NCBI GenBank assembly: GCA_963712745.1
Contig: CAVQJC010000017.1
Span: forward strand, 224,001-288,000
DNA: 64,000 bases
Direction: 5' to 3'
Source of the DNA: an uncultured Chloroflexia bacterium
GTDB taxonomy: Bacteria > Chloroflexota > Limnocylindria > Limnocylindrales > CSP1-4
A program made the translations under genes and the position numbers. The notes beneath the pieces are model-generated. The model had not been told where the DNA came from. It ran no database searches and saw only the letters and a program-made list of their open reading frames with translations. Of the stretch, positions 10,754 to 20,608 are shown piece after piece (positions within the stretch are counted from its first letter, which is position 1; each line of letters starts with the position of its first letter).

Positions 10754-10910
10754 TTCATCGAGGAGGGCGCGGAGGTCATCATCAACGGGCGCGATGCCGC
10801 CAAGCTCGACGCCGCGCGCGAGAGGTGTCGTGATCCAGCACATGACCAACCCTGCTCAGAATGGGACGGCCCAGTGCAGCGATGGCGGCGCTGTTCGTTC
10901 GATCATCTGA
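10754..10910 (+). pseudogene. Internally deleted SDR oxidoreductase remnant
   Basis: FIEEGAEVIINGRDAAKLDAARE (SDR N-terminal region) next to NGTAQCSDGGAVRSII* (SDR C-terminus) in another frame. Confidence 0.6.
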
Positions 10911-10931
10911 GCGGATGGCCCGGGCGCGGAC

Positions 10932-12428
10932 CTACCCCCAGCGCACCCGGAGCGCGAGGTACGGCCGCGCCGGCAAGTCGACACCCACGACCGGAGCGAC
11001 CTGGTTCTGAATGTGGCCAGGGTATCGGTAGTGCGGTGGGTCAGTGAGCACCAGCGGCTCGATGGTCATGGCCCACGGGTCGATGAGCTCGACGCTGATG
11101 TCGCGCCGCCCGTCTGGGAAGCCACGGTACCAGGCCTGCGGCTGGTGGGACCCGAAGTAGATGATGCGCTCGCCTGATCCGGCCTCACAACCACCCACGA
11201 CGCCCCACTCCCAGCGGCCCTTCAGCGGTTCCCACGGACCCGGCGACTCCTCCATGATCCGGCGCAGGAATGCGATCCGCGCCGGGCTCTCACCTCGCAA
11301 GGTGCCGCCCTTGGCCCACCACAGTTGGTGGTCGTCGACCAGGTAGGTCTCGCCGTGCCCGGCGTAGCCCCCTCTGGTCGCGGTCATCCAGAAGCGGTGC
11401 ACGAGCTCCCGGGGGCTGATGTTGCCCCACGGATCGGGGATGTCGCCCTCGTACTGGGGCTCGTCGTTGACGACCGGCTTGCCCCAGTCGTCGCGCCAGG
11501 ACGTGGTGTCCTCGATGCGCTGGGACTGGATGGAGACGTGGCTGATCTCCGGCCGTGAGTGGTCGTAGAGCTTGTGCCCGTTGTGGATCGAGGTCAGACG
11601 ACGGTGCGGATCGCGCTCGTGGACGACCTCGAAGAAGCGCTCCCAGCGCTCGACCGGCTTGAGGTCCAGCAGGAAGTCGTACTCGTTGGCCAGCGACCAC
11701 CACACGTTGCGATAGGCCCCCAGGCGCGCGACGACATAGCGCAGGTAGGCGAGATCATCCTCCTCGGACATCTCGCAGTAGCCCCATCGGTCGTAGGGGT
11801 GGAAGAGGATGATGTCGGCCTCGATACCCAGGTCCCCCAGCTCGGCGATGCGCTTGTCGAGGTGCCCGAAGTAGGCGAGGTTCGGCTGCCGTGGGTCGAT
11901 GCGACCGTCCTCACCGATGGTGTACGGGTGAAGGGGCGGCTCGTTCTCGTTGTAGATGTAGTCCTTGGGGAAGACGCACATCCGCAGCTTGTTGAAGGGC
12001 GATGCCTCCAGGCTTCGGAGGGTCTGCTCCTGGACCTCGATGGGTTGATGGATCCAGGCATAGCAGGTGGTGCCGACCGGCACGTAGCGCGTGCCGTCGC
12101 GATAGCCGAAGTGGAACTGCGAGGCCACGTCCACCGGGCCGTGGTTGGCCGCATCAGGCTCGCTGCAACGGAACCGGCCCTCGTGGCCCTCGAGCTCCGC
12201 TACCTCCGAGAAGGTCCTGAACGACCACTCGCCGACCTGGTCGGGCGAGAAGCGCACGAGATAGCGACCGTCACCATCGTAGAAGCCATGGACCTCCACG
12301 TCGGTGGTCCCGCAGGTGAACACGGCTGACACTGGTGCGTCTCGCAGCGGATCGTCGATGGTCGGACCCGACAGCGAGACTTCGAAGACAGCCCAACGCT
12401 GGGCCTCGGGTGGGAATGCGACAGACAA
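10932..12428 (-). CDS. DUF5060-DUF4038-DUF5605 putative glycoside hydrolase (apiosidase/GH140-like fold)
   Basis: GFYDGDG.Y.VRF.P N-domain, GTTCYAW, PFNKLRMCVFPK, WWSLANEYD, SIHNG, VNDEPQYEG, HGETY; GGAGG RBS before TTG. Confidence 0.8.
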   Translation of the reverse strand: MSVAFPPEAQRWAVFEVSLSGPTIDDPLRDAPVSAVFTCGTTDVEVHGFYDGDGRYLVRFSPDQVGEWSFRTFSEVAELEGHEGRFRCSEPDAANHGPVDVASQFHFGYRDGTRYVPVGTTCYAWIHQPIEVQEQTLRSLEASPFNKLRMCVFPKDYIYNENEPPLHPYTIGEDGRIDPRQPNLAYFGHLDKRIAELGDLGIEADIILFHPYDRWGYCEMSEEDDLAYLRYVVARLGAYRNVWWSLANEYDFLLDLKPVERWERFFEVVHERDPHRRLTSIHNGHKLYDHSRPEISHVSIQSQRIEDTTSWRDDWGKPVVNDEPQYEGDIPDPWGNISPRELVHRFWMTATRGGYAGHGETYLVDDHQLWWAKGGTLRGESPARIAFLRRIMEESPGPWEPLKGRWEWGVVGGCEAGSGERIIYFGSHQPQAWYRGFPDGRRDISVELIDPWAMTIEPLVLTDPPHYRYPGHIQNQVAPVVGVDLPARPYLALRVRWG

Positions 12429-12726
12429 ACCGGTACCTCCTACAGATAGATGCTGGCAGGGCTGATCGATCGGCGCGCTGGCTCTTCACGGCGCCCGCCG
12501 ACAGACCGGAGACGAGATCTCAGACAGGTCTCGTGCGTTCTGCAATCTCACGCTAGTGAAGGTCAATTCCGGTCATGTCTGGCGAGGAGGCGCCTTCCAT
12601 GCTGTGCGGCGACTCGTGATGATCGTCAGGCGTGTCAGGGGACACGGCCGGTCGACCGTACAGGGGGATGCCTCGTGAGACAGGCTCGAGGCACCCGGGC
12701 AGGGACGTAGGAGGAGAGGTAGTGAT

Positions 12727-14028
12727 ATGGGCTCCACACATACCAAGCGCGGTGTGTTCGCGGCGGCACTATCCACTGCGCTGGTCGCCTCGCTGGCTGC
12801 CACCGCAGTAGGTCAGGACGAAGAGGTCACGCTGTCGTTCCTGATCGACAACGAAGGACCGAATCAGGTGTGGGCGGAGGCGGTTTCCGCTGCCTATACG
12901 GAGCAGAACCCCAACGTCACCATCGACCTCGAGATCCGACCTGGCGGCGGCGACGGTGACAACATCGTCAAGACCAGGCTCGCCACCGGTGAGATGACCG
13001 ACGTCTTCAAGTACAACTCAGGCTCACTGTTCCAGGCACTGGCCCCTACAGAGACGCTGGTGGACCTGTCCGACCTGGAGTGTCTCTCGAACGTCTCCGA
13101 ATCGTTCTTCCCGGCCGTCTCGGCTGAGGGCAGCGTCTACGGCGTGCCGTGGGGTTCCGGCATGGGCGGAGGCATCCTCTACAACAAGAAGGTCTACAGC
13201 GACCTCGGCCTCGAGGTGCCCACGACCTGGGCGGAGTTCGAGGCCAACAACGCGGCCATCAAGGAGGCCGGTATCGCGCCGGTCGCGGCGACCTTCGGCT
13301 CTACCTGGTCGTCGCAGCTGTTCGTGCTCAGCGACTACTACAACGTCCAGGCCCAGGAACCCGACTTCGCCGAGCGCTACACCGCCGGCGAGGCCAAGTA
13401 CGCCACCTCCCCGGCCGCGATGGCCGGCTTCCGCTACACGCAGCAGGGCTTCGACGACGGCTGGTACCAGGAAGATTTCGATGTGGCCGAGTTCGAGGAG
13501 GGAATGCGCCTGCTGGCCGAGGGCAAGGTCGCGCACTACCCGATGCTGACATTCGCCTTCGGGCCCATGGCCGAGAATTACCCGGATGCGATCGCGGACA
13601 TCGGATTCTTCGCCACGCCCGGTCCGTCCGCCGACAGCAACGGCGCCACGGTCTGGCTGCCCGAGGGCACGTACATCCCAGCCACCAGCGAGAACGTCGA
13701 CGCCGCCAAGGTCTTCCTGTGCTGGCTCACGACGCCTGAGGCCGCCGACGTGATGAACGCGGCACAGCCGCCGTCGGGCCCCTACTTCATCAAGGGCGCT
13801 TCGCTCCCGGATGACGCACTACCGGGCCTGCTGGACCTGCAGGCGTACATCGATGCGGGCAACGCCGCACCGGCGCTCGAGTTCCTGTCCTCCATCAAGG
13901 GCCCGGCGCTCGAGCACATCCTCGTCGAGGTGGGCTCCGGCCTCCGCAGCGCGGAAGACGGTGCGGCGCTGTACGACCAGGATGTCGTGAAGCAGGCCAT
14001 CCAGCTGGGCTACGACTGGGAGGAGTAG
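12727..14028 (+). CDS. Oligosaccharide ABC substrate-binding protein (family 1)
   Basis: Signal peptide, RPGGGDGDNIVKTRLATGEM, ILYNKKVY..LGLEVP.TW; strong RBS. Confidence 0.92.
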   Translation: MGSTHTKRGVFAAALSTALVASLAATAVGQDEEVTLSFLIDNEGPNQVWAEAVSAAYTEQNPNVTIDLEIRPGGGDGDNIVKTRLATGEMTDVFKYNSGSLFQALAPTETLVDLSDLECLSNVSESFFPAVSAEGSVYGVPWGSGMGGGILYNKKVYSDLGLEVPTTWAEFEANNAAIKEAGIAPVAATFGSTWSSQLFVLSDYYNVQAQEPDFAERYTAGEAKYATSPAAMAGFRYTQQGFDDGWYQEDFDVAEFEEGMRLLAEGKVAHYPMLTFAFGPMAENYPDAIADIGFFATPGPSADSNGATVWLPEGTYIPATSENVDAAKVFLCWLTTPEAADVMNAAQPPSGPYFIKGASLPDDALPGLLDLQAYIDAGNAAPALEFLSSIKGPALEHILVEVGSGLRSAEDGAALYDQDVVKQAIQLGYDWEE

Positions 14029-14062
14029 CCCAGCTGGGTCAAGGACCACGACCGAAGCAGAG

Positions 14063-14093
14063 GAAGGGGCCGGTCTCGTAGGCCGGCCCCTTC
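14063..14093 (+). terminator. Intercistronic stem-loop after the SBP gene
   Basis: 14-bp stem GAAGGGGCCGGTCT/AGGCCGGCCCCTTC with a 3-nt loop. Confidence 0.6.
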
Positions 14094-14126
14094 TCCATCT
14101 CCGAGCATCCGTCACAGTAGGGAGCC

Positions 14127-15008
14127 GTGCGCCAGGACTCCGGCCTCGCACCCGCGGTGCGTCGGTCGTACCCGTACTACTTCTATCTGCCGGCCGTCGT
14201 CATCTTCGGCGTCATCTTCGTCCTGCCGACGCTGCTCTCATTCTGGTTCAGCCTGACCCGGTGGACTCTGTTCGACGCTGAGTTCATCGGCCTCAAGAAC
14301 TTCGAGCTCTTCCTGCGCGAGCCGGCGCTTGTCAACGGCATGCGCAACACGCTCATCTACGCTGTGGTCACGAGCGGGGCCAAGGTCATCATCGGCCTTC
14401 TACTGGCCGCCCTGCTGACCTCCCGGTTGCGGGTCCGCAATCTCCTGCGGTCGATCATCTTCTTCCCCGTCCTCATCAGCACGGTCGCGGTCGGTATCAC
14501 GTTCGCGGTGCTCATGCACCCGTCCCGGGGGCTCATCAACACGACACTCGAGGTCTTCGGTGTCGATGGCCCGCGCTGGCTCACCGATCCAGCGATCGCC
14601 CTGCTCTCGGTGGCCTTCGTCGACGTGTGGAAGGGCGTGGGCATCGCGATGGTCATCTTCATCGCCGGCATCCTGTCGATCCCGGAGGAGTACAACGACG
14701 CCATCAGGCTGGAGGGTGGGGCCTGGAAGAGGTTCTGGTACGTGACCGTACCCTTGAGTCGAAACGCGACGTTCACTGTCATCCTGCTGTCGTTCATCGG
14801 TGGATTGCGCACGTTCGATCTCATCTGGACCATGACCGGCGGCGGGCCCGGCTTCACGACCGACGTCATCACCTCGAGTATCTACAAGCAGTACCAGGCG
14901 GGCTTCTACGGCCTCGCGACCGCGGGCAACGTGGTCCTCTTCATCGTCGTGATGCTGATCGTCTACCCGATGATGCGGTTCTTCGCGCGGAAGGAGATCG
15001 AGCTGTGA
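14127..15008 (+). CDS. Carbohydrate ABC permease (MalF-like)
   Basis: FIGLKNF, FFPVLIS, EAA-like loop SIPEEYNDAIRLEG, TGGGPG. Confidence 0.92.
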   Translation: MRQDSGLAPAVRRSYPYYFYLPAVVIFGVIFVLPTLLSFWFSLTRWTLFDAEFIGLKNFELFLREPALVNGMRNTLIYAVVTSGAKVIIGLLLAALLTSRLRVRNLLRSIIFFPVLISTVAVGITFAVLMHPSRGLINTTLEVFGVDGPRWLTDPAIALLSVAFVDVWKGVGIAMVIFIAGILSIPEEYNDAIRLEGGAWKRFWYVTVPLSRNATFTVILLSFIGGLRTFDLIWTMTGGGPGFTTDVITSSIYKQYQAGFYGLATAGNVVLFIVVMLIVYPMMRFFARKEIEL

Positions 15009-15910
15009 GTGCGGCTCGTCGCGCCCATGAGCCGCCAGGCGGAGGCGCCCCCCAAGTGCGCGAGGGCCGAGCCGCCGGTGTGACGCGCTTGACGCGCGAG
15101 TACTGGCTGGAGATCGCCTCCGTAGTGGTTGTCGCGTTGGTCTTCGTGGTGCCGTTCCTCTTCATGCTCCTCACGGCAGCCAAGGACCGGACGGAGTCCG
15201 CTCGGCTGGAGCTCTCCGTCCCCACCGACTGGCAGCTCCTCGAGAACATCGGGGAGGTGCTCGAGGAGCGGAACGGCCTGATGTACGTGGCCATGTTCAA
15301 CAGCCTCGTCCTCACCGTCGCGTCGGTGGCCATCGTGGTGGTGCTCTCGGCGATGGTCGCTTTCGTCCTCCAGCGGCGGCGCGACCGGGTCTCGACCGCC
15401 ATCACGGCCCTCATGATCGCCGGGCTGATCATCCCGCCGGCGCTGGTGCCCACCATCTACGTTCTCCAGGGGATCGGCATCTACAAGACGCTGCTAGGCC
15501 TGATCCTGGTGGAGGTGACCCAGTTGATGCCCTTCTCGGTCATCGTATTCCGGGCCTTCCTCTCGGCCATCCCGCGGGATCTCGACGAGGCTGCGGTCAT
15601 GGATGGCGCCTCGCCGCTGCGGCTGTTCTTCCGCGTCATCTTCCCGCTGCTGCGTCCGGCCATCATCACCGTGATCGTGGTCACGTCCGTGACCGTCTAC
15701 AACGACTTCGTCAATCCGCTGTACTTCCTGCCGGGCACCGAGAACGCCACCGTCCAGTTGACGCTGTTCAACTTCCAGAGCCAGTTCAGCACGCGCTGGC
15801 ACCTGCTCTTCACCGACGTACTTCTCATCACCATCCCCCCGCTCGTGATGTTCCTCTTCTTCCAGCGCCAGATCGTATCCGGTATGACTACCGGCGCGGT
15901 CAAGGGCTAG
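15005..15910 (+). CDS. Carbohydrate ABC permease (MalG-like); start may be 15080
   Basis: IPRDLDEAAVMDGAS EAA loop, FFQRQIVSGMTTGAVKG end. Confidence 0.92.
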   Translation: MSAARRAHEPPGGGAPQVREGRAAGVTRLTREYWLEIASVVVVALVFVVPFLFMLLTAAKDRTESARLELSVPTDWQLLENIGEVLEERNGLMYVAMFNSLVLTVASVAIVVVLSAMVAFVLQRRRDRVSTAITALMIAGLIIPPALVPTIYVLQGIGIYKTLLGLILVEVTQLMPFSVIVFRAFLSAIPRDLDEAAVMDGASPLRLFFRVIFPLLRPAIITVIVVTSVTVYNDFVNPLYFLPGTENATVQLTLFNFQSQFSTRWHLLFTDVLLITIPPLVMFLFFQRQIVSGMTTGAVKG

Positions 15911-15920
15911 GAGCTTCCGC

Positions 15921-18659
15921 ATGCCGCCATTGCCTCGCTCACTCGAACCGTTAGCCGTCACCGACCTGCGATGCCAGGTGCCACCAGGTGTGCTGGCCGC
16001 GGGCGCGGAGCCCGTCCGGCTCACTTGGCGTGCGTCGCCCGCCGCGGCCGACCCGGTTCAGGAGGCCTACGAGATCGAGGTCGCCACGGATCCGGACTTC
16101 GACACGGCACCGGCATCGTCGGGTGTCGTCGAGGCCGCGGACCAGGTGGGCGTCCCGGCGCCCGGTCCGGCGTTCCACAGCCGCGAGACCCGCTACTACC
16201 GCGTGCGCATCCGGACCGGGCGGGGCTGGACCGAGTGGAGCTCTACATTGCGCGTGGAGGCCGGCCTGCTGCATGGATACGACTGGGAGGCGCAGGCGGT
16301 CACGCTTCCGGACGACCCAGGTCGTGAGCGCCCCGCCCCGTGTCCGGTGCTGCGCCGCGAGTTCGACGTCGGGGGGACCGTGGCTCGGGCCCGTATCTAT
16401 GTCACGGCGCTCGGGCTGTATTCGCTCAAGCTCAACGGTTCACCCGTCGGCGACGCTCTGCTCTCACCCGGGTGGAGCACGTACCGACACCGCCTGCTGG
16501 CCGACACGTACGATGTCACGGAGCAGCTTCGCGAAGGCAGCAACGTCATCGTGGCCACGCTGGGCGACGGCTGGTATCGCGGTCGACTCGGATGGAGTCG
16601 CGGCGAGGACCGCTGCCACTACGGCCGGGAGGTGGGCCTCATGGCCCAGCTCGAGATCGACCTCGAGGATGGCACCAGACTGCGCATCGTGACCGACACC
16701 GACTGGCTGGCTGCGACCGGGGAGATTCGCTCGGCGGACCTCTACGATGGCTCGTTCATCGACTTGCGCGACCGCCTCGTCGGATGCGAGTCGCCCGGCT
16801 ACGATACGAGCGGCTGGCAGGCCGCTGTCGCCGTCCCCCTTGATCGCGACACCATCGAGCCGCGGGTGGCTCCGCCGGTGCGAGTGCTCGAGCACATCCC
16901 TTCGCGTGACCTTCCAGCTTCCGGCGGCACGGGTGTGGTCCGGCTGGATGCCGGACAGAACATCGCCGGCTTCGTGCGACTGTCGCTGCAGGGAGCGGCC
17001 GGGACGACGGTGACGGTCCGGCATGCCGAGGTGCTCGAACCGGACGGGTCGCTTCACACCAGATCGCTGCGTTCGGCCAAGGCCACCGACACCTACATCC
17101 TTGCCGACGGGCGCGTCGCCGAGTTGCAGCCAGCATTCACCTTCCACGGCTTCCGCCATGCCGAGATCGAGACAGAAGCCAAGGTGCTCAGGGCCGAGTT
17201 CGTAGCCATAAGCAGCGACCTGGCTCGCAGGGGCTGGTTCGAGTGCTCGGACCAGCCTCTGGTGCGCTTCCACGAGAACGTGCTCTGGTCCCAACGAGAC
17301 AACTTCGTCTCCGTGCCCACGGACTGTCCGCAGCGAGACGAGCGGCTCGGCTGGACCGGCGACGCACAGGCGTTCGCGCCGGCGGCCTGCACGCTCTTCG
17401 ACGCGGAGGCGTTCTGGGCCAGTTGGATGATCGACCTGGCGCTCGATCAGGACGATGTTCTCGGCGTCCCGACCGTCGTTCCCGATGTCGTGCTCGAGGG
17501 TGAGCCTCGCTTCGGCCGAGCCGGCTGGGCAGACGCGGCCACGATCGTGCCGTGGTCCGTCTACGTGTCCACCGGCGACACGAGCATCCTGCATCGGCAA
17601 CTGGAGAGCATGCGACGCTGGGTCGTATCACTTCAACGACGGGAGGGTCCTGACGGCCTTCTGCCGGAGTCGATGCAGTTCGGGGACTGGCTGGACCCCG
17701 ATGCGCCATCGGATCAGCCCTGGGTCTCCAAGGCCGACAGCCGCTACCTGGCCAACGCCTTCTATGCGCGCAGCGCCCAGCTGCTATCGCGGGTGGCCTG
17801 GGTCCTCGGTGAAGAGGACACCGCGGCCCGGTACCACGGTGTGGCCGAACGGATCGCTGCCGCGACGTGGGAGGTCTGGTCCGACCACGCCAGGACCACG
17901 CAGACCGGCTCCGCGGTCGCCCTCTGCTTCGACCTGGTCCCGGAGCCGCAGCGAGCCGCCGTCGCGGCGGGCCTGGCACGCATGGTCAGAGTCGCGGACG
18001 GACGTGTCGCGACCGGCTTCCTGGGAACGCCGCTGGTCCTGCCTGCTCTGGCCGACGCAGGTTACTTCGAAGAGGCCTATCTCATGCTTCTGCGCAGCGA
18101 GGCTCCATCGTGGCTCTACCAGGTCGAGCGCGGTGCAACCACGGTCTGGGAGCGCTGGGACGCGATCCGGCCGGATGGCTCGATCCATCCTGGGACGATG
18201 CAGGCGGTGCCGGACATCGAGGGCTCAGACGGGAAGGACAGCCAGATGCTGTCCTTCAATCACTATGCCTATGGGGCGGTCATCGATTGGGTCTACCGAC
18301 ACGTCGCCGGCCTGGCTCCTGACGCGGACCGACCGGGCTATCGCCACGTGGTGCTGGCTCCCAAGCCCGTGAGGGGCATGGACTGGGCGAGCGCATCGGT
18401 CGAGACCGCGTACGGCGTGGTCGCCACCTCCTGGCGCATCGAGGACGGCGACACGCTGGTCATGGAGGTGGAGCTGCCGTTCGGAACCAGCGGGACGTTC
18501 CTGGCGCCGACGACGTCGGCGTCACGGATCGCCGTGGATGGCGAGCCGGCTGGGGAGCAGACGACCGTCGGCCCAGGCCACCACACGCTGTCGGTCACCC
18601 TGGCGCGGATCGTGGCTGGGTCACTCGGCGGCGCAAACACGGAGCCGGCCGTCAGCTAG
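15921..18659 (+). CDS. Alpha-L-rhamnosidase (GH78)
   Basis: TALGLY, LGDGWYRG, DAGQNIAG, FTFHGFR, PTDCPQRDERLGWTGD, FGDWLDP, GATTVWERWD, SFNHYAYG. Confidence 0.95.
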   Translation: MPPLPRSLEPLAVTDLRCQVPPGVLAAGAEPVRLTWRASPAAADPVQEAYEIEVATDPDFDTAPASSGVVEAADQVGVPAPGPAFHSRETRYYRVRIRTGRGWTEWSSTLRVEAGLLHGYDWEAQAVTLPDDPGRERPAPCPVLRREFDVGGTVARARIYVTALGLYSLKLNGSPVGDALLSPGWSTYRHRLLADTYDVTEQLREGSNVIVATLGDGWYRGRLGWSRGEDRCHYGREVGLMAQLEIDLEDGTRLRIVTDTDWLAATGEIRSADLYDGSFIDLRDRLVGCESPGYDTSGWQAAVAVPLDRDTIEPRVAPPVRVLEHIPSRDLPASGGTGVVRLDAGQNIAGFVRLSLQGAAGTTVTVRHAEVLEPDGSLHTRSLRSAKATDTYILADGRVAELQPAFTFHGFRHAEIETEAKVLRAEFVAISSDLARRGWFECSDQPLVRFHENVLWSQRDNFVSVPTDCPQRDERLGWTGDAQAFAPAACTLFDAEAFWASWMIDLALDQDDVLGVPTVVPDVVLEGEPRFGRAGWADAATIVPWSVYVSTGDTSILHRQLESMRRWVVSLQRREGPDGLLPESMQFGDWLDPDAPSDQPWVSKADSRYLANAFYARSAQLLSRVAWVLGEEDTAARYHGVAERIAAATWEVWSDHARTTQTGSAVALCFDLVPEPQRAAVAAGLARMVRVADGRVATGFLGTPLVLPALADAGYFEEAYLMLLRSEAPSWLYQVERGATTVWERWDAIRPDGSIHPGTMQAVPDIEGSDGKDSQMLSFNHYAYGAVIDWVYRHVAGLAPDADRPGYRHVVLAPKPVRGMDWASASVETAYGVVATSWRIEDGDTLVMEVELPFGTSGTFLAPTTSASRIAVDGEPAGEQTTVGPGHHTLSVTLARIVAGSLGGANTEPAVS

Positions 18660-19621
18660 GAGCGTGAACCAGCCGTCTCAGATGGCTGGTTCGGGTTCTT
18701 ACTGGGCGCCGGATCCTCCTGCCTGCGCCGAGCCGCGTAGTGCACCCGACTCTGCGTCCGGTAGGCGCGAGGACTCATGCTCATGTGCTGCCGGAAGCGC
18801 CGTGAGAACTGGGATGGATCGGGCCACCCCACCTGCACACCCACTGCTCCGACTGGGCCGTCCGTCGTGGCCAGCAGCATCGCGGCATGCTCGGCTCGGC
18901 GCCGGTTGAGATAGGCGATGGGCGAGAGACCGACCCAGCGATTGAACTGGCGCACCAGGTGGAAGGGTCCGACGCAGAGCTGGCTCGAGAGATCGCCGAG
19001 CGTCCACTTCCTGGACAGGTCCTGGTCAAACAGGTCGACGGCTGACACGACCAGGCTTGAAGCCTGGGGGTCGATGGATACGGGCTGCAGCCGTTCAGGC
19101 TCCGCCTGGCGCGCCAGGACGTCCAACGCGAGCAGGAGATGTCCGAGGTCGAACGCTTCGCTGCGGTCTTCCGCCGGTCGCTCCCGAATGGCATCGAGAT
19201 GACCCAGACATTCGACCAGCTCCTCCTCATCGAGGAACCCCAGGAATGGCTGGCGCGGCTCGATCGCGGCAGGGCTGAAGAGGTGACCCAACCACTCGTC
19301 CCGGCGGGCCCAGGGCAGATCGAACTGGGTCGCCTCGACACGCAGCATGCAGTTGTAGACCACGAGGCCCTCGCCCATCCGGAACCCATGGCCGACGCCG
19401 GGAGCCACGAAGATGACTGACCCCCGGGTGAGCCGTTGCTCGCCCTCCGAGGTCATGTGCAGTCCGGTCCCTCGGGTCACCAGAGCCAGCTCATAGAAGT
19501 CGTGGAAATGGGTGAAGACGTGGGTCTGGGTCGCGATGTGGAACCCGACGAGCTGGGACTCTTCCATGAACGCGTCCGTCGAGATCGTGAAGCCCGGCGC
19601 GTGCGGCAGCAACCTCACCAT
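18656..19621 (-). CDS. AraC-family regulator (RhaR/RhaS-like)
   Basis: Cupin H.HDFYEL..V..G.G.H; C-terminal GWPDPSQFSRRFRQH..MSP..YR. Confidence 0.92.
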   Translation of the reverse strand: MVRLLPHAPGFTISTDAFMEESQLVGFHIATQTHVFTHFHDFYELALVTRGTGLHMTSEGEQRLTRGSVIFVAPGVGHGFRMGEGLVVYNCMLRVEATQFDLPWARRDEWLGHLFSPAAIEPRQPFLGFLDEEELVECLGHLDAIRERPAEDRSEAFDLGHLLLALDVLARQAEPERLQPVSIDPQASSLVVSAVDLFDQDLSRKWTLGDLSSQLCVGPFHLVRQFNRWVGLSPIAYLNRRRAEHAAMLLATTDGPVGAVGVQVGWPDPSQFSRRFRQHMSMSPRAYRTQSRVHYAARRRQEDPAPSKNPNQPSETAGSRS

Positions 19622-19740
19622 GTCGTCACGCTAGCACTGCTTGCTCCCGCTCGCGGCTCTCGGCCATTTCCGGCCGCAGCTAGGGGGGAGCGGTCGGCGC
19701 CGACCCTCATCTGCGAGCCGTCGTACGCACCGGCGGCAGC

Positions 19741-20535
19741 TCAGGACATGATCAGGCCGCCATCGACGTTGATGGTCTGGCCGGTGATGTAGGACGCATC
19801 CTCTGAGGCCAGGAAGAGCACCAGCCCGGCCACGTCATCAGGGGTGCCGGCACGTTTCATGGGGATGTTGTTCTGCACCCACTCCTCGATGAGTTCGCCT
19901 TCTTTGTAGTCACCCAGGAGGTCTTCCCAGGCCTTGTCGTTGTACTTCCACATCTCCGTCTCGATGATGCCGGGGCAGAAGGCGTTGACGGTGATGCCAC
20001 TGGTGGCCAGTTCCTTGGCGAGGCTCTGGGTGATGCCGACGACGCCCATCTTGCTGGCCGCATAGTGGGGTGTGTAGATGAAGCCGTCGCGCGACTGGCC
20101 GGAGCCGGTGTTGATGAGCCGTCCGGAGCCCTGGCGGAGCATGTGCTTGGCTGCGGCCTGGCAGCAGAGAAAGACGCCCTTGGTATTGACGGCGAGGACC
20201 AGGTCCCACTCCTCCTCGGTCAGTTCGTCGAGCTTCTTGATGGTGATGACCCCGGCGTTCTGGATGGAGACATCGACACGGCCGAACTCTTCCACGGTGC
20301 GCTGGTAGAGATCCTCGACCTGACCCTTGTCGGTCACGTCGACGACGAGCGACAGCACCTTCGCGCCGGTGGCGGAGCGGATCCGCTCGGCGGCGTCATG
20401 GACGGCGTCCTCGTTCGCGGCGAGGACGACGGACGCGCCTTCCTGCGCGAATCGGAGCGCGATGCCTTCGCCGATGCCCCGGCTCGCACCGGTGACGACG
20501 ACGACCTGTCCTTCGAATCGGGCCTGCCCCACCAT
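19741..20535 (-). CDS. SDR-family NAD-dependent oxidoreductase (polyol/sugar dehydrogenase-like)
   Basis: TGASRGIG, NAGVI, YAASK, CPGIIET, ITGQTINVDGG. Confidence 0.92.
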   Translation of the reverse strand: MVGQARFEGQVVVVTGASRGIGEGIALRFAQEGASVVLAANEDAVHDAAERIRSATGAKVLSLVVDVTDKGQVEDLYQRTVEEFGRVDVSIQNAGVITIKKLDELTEEEWDLVLAVNTKGVFLCCQAAAKHMLRQGSGRLINTGSGQSRDGFIYTPHYAASKMGVVGITQSLAKELATSGITVNAFCPGIIETEMWKYNDKAWEDLLGDYKEGELIEEWVQNNIPMKRAGTPDDVAGLVLFLASEDASYITGQTINVDGGLIMS

Positions 20536-20608
20536 GTCGTACCTCCCATCCGGGGTCGTTTCGTGCCGCGCGCCACCCCGGAGGTTGCCGGTCACGCGAC
20601 GTACTTCA

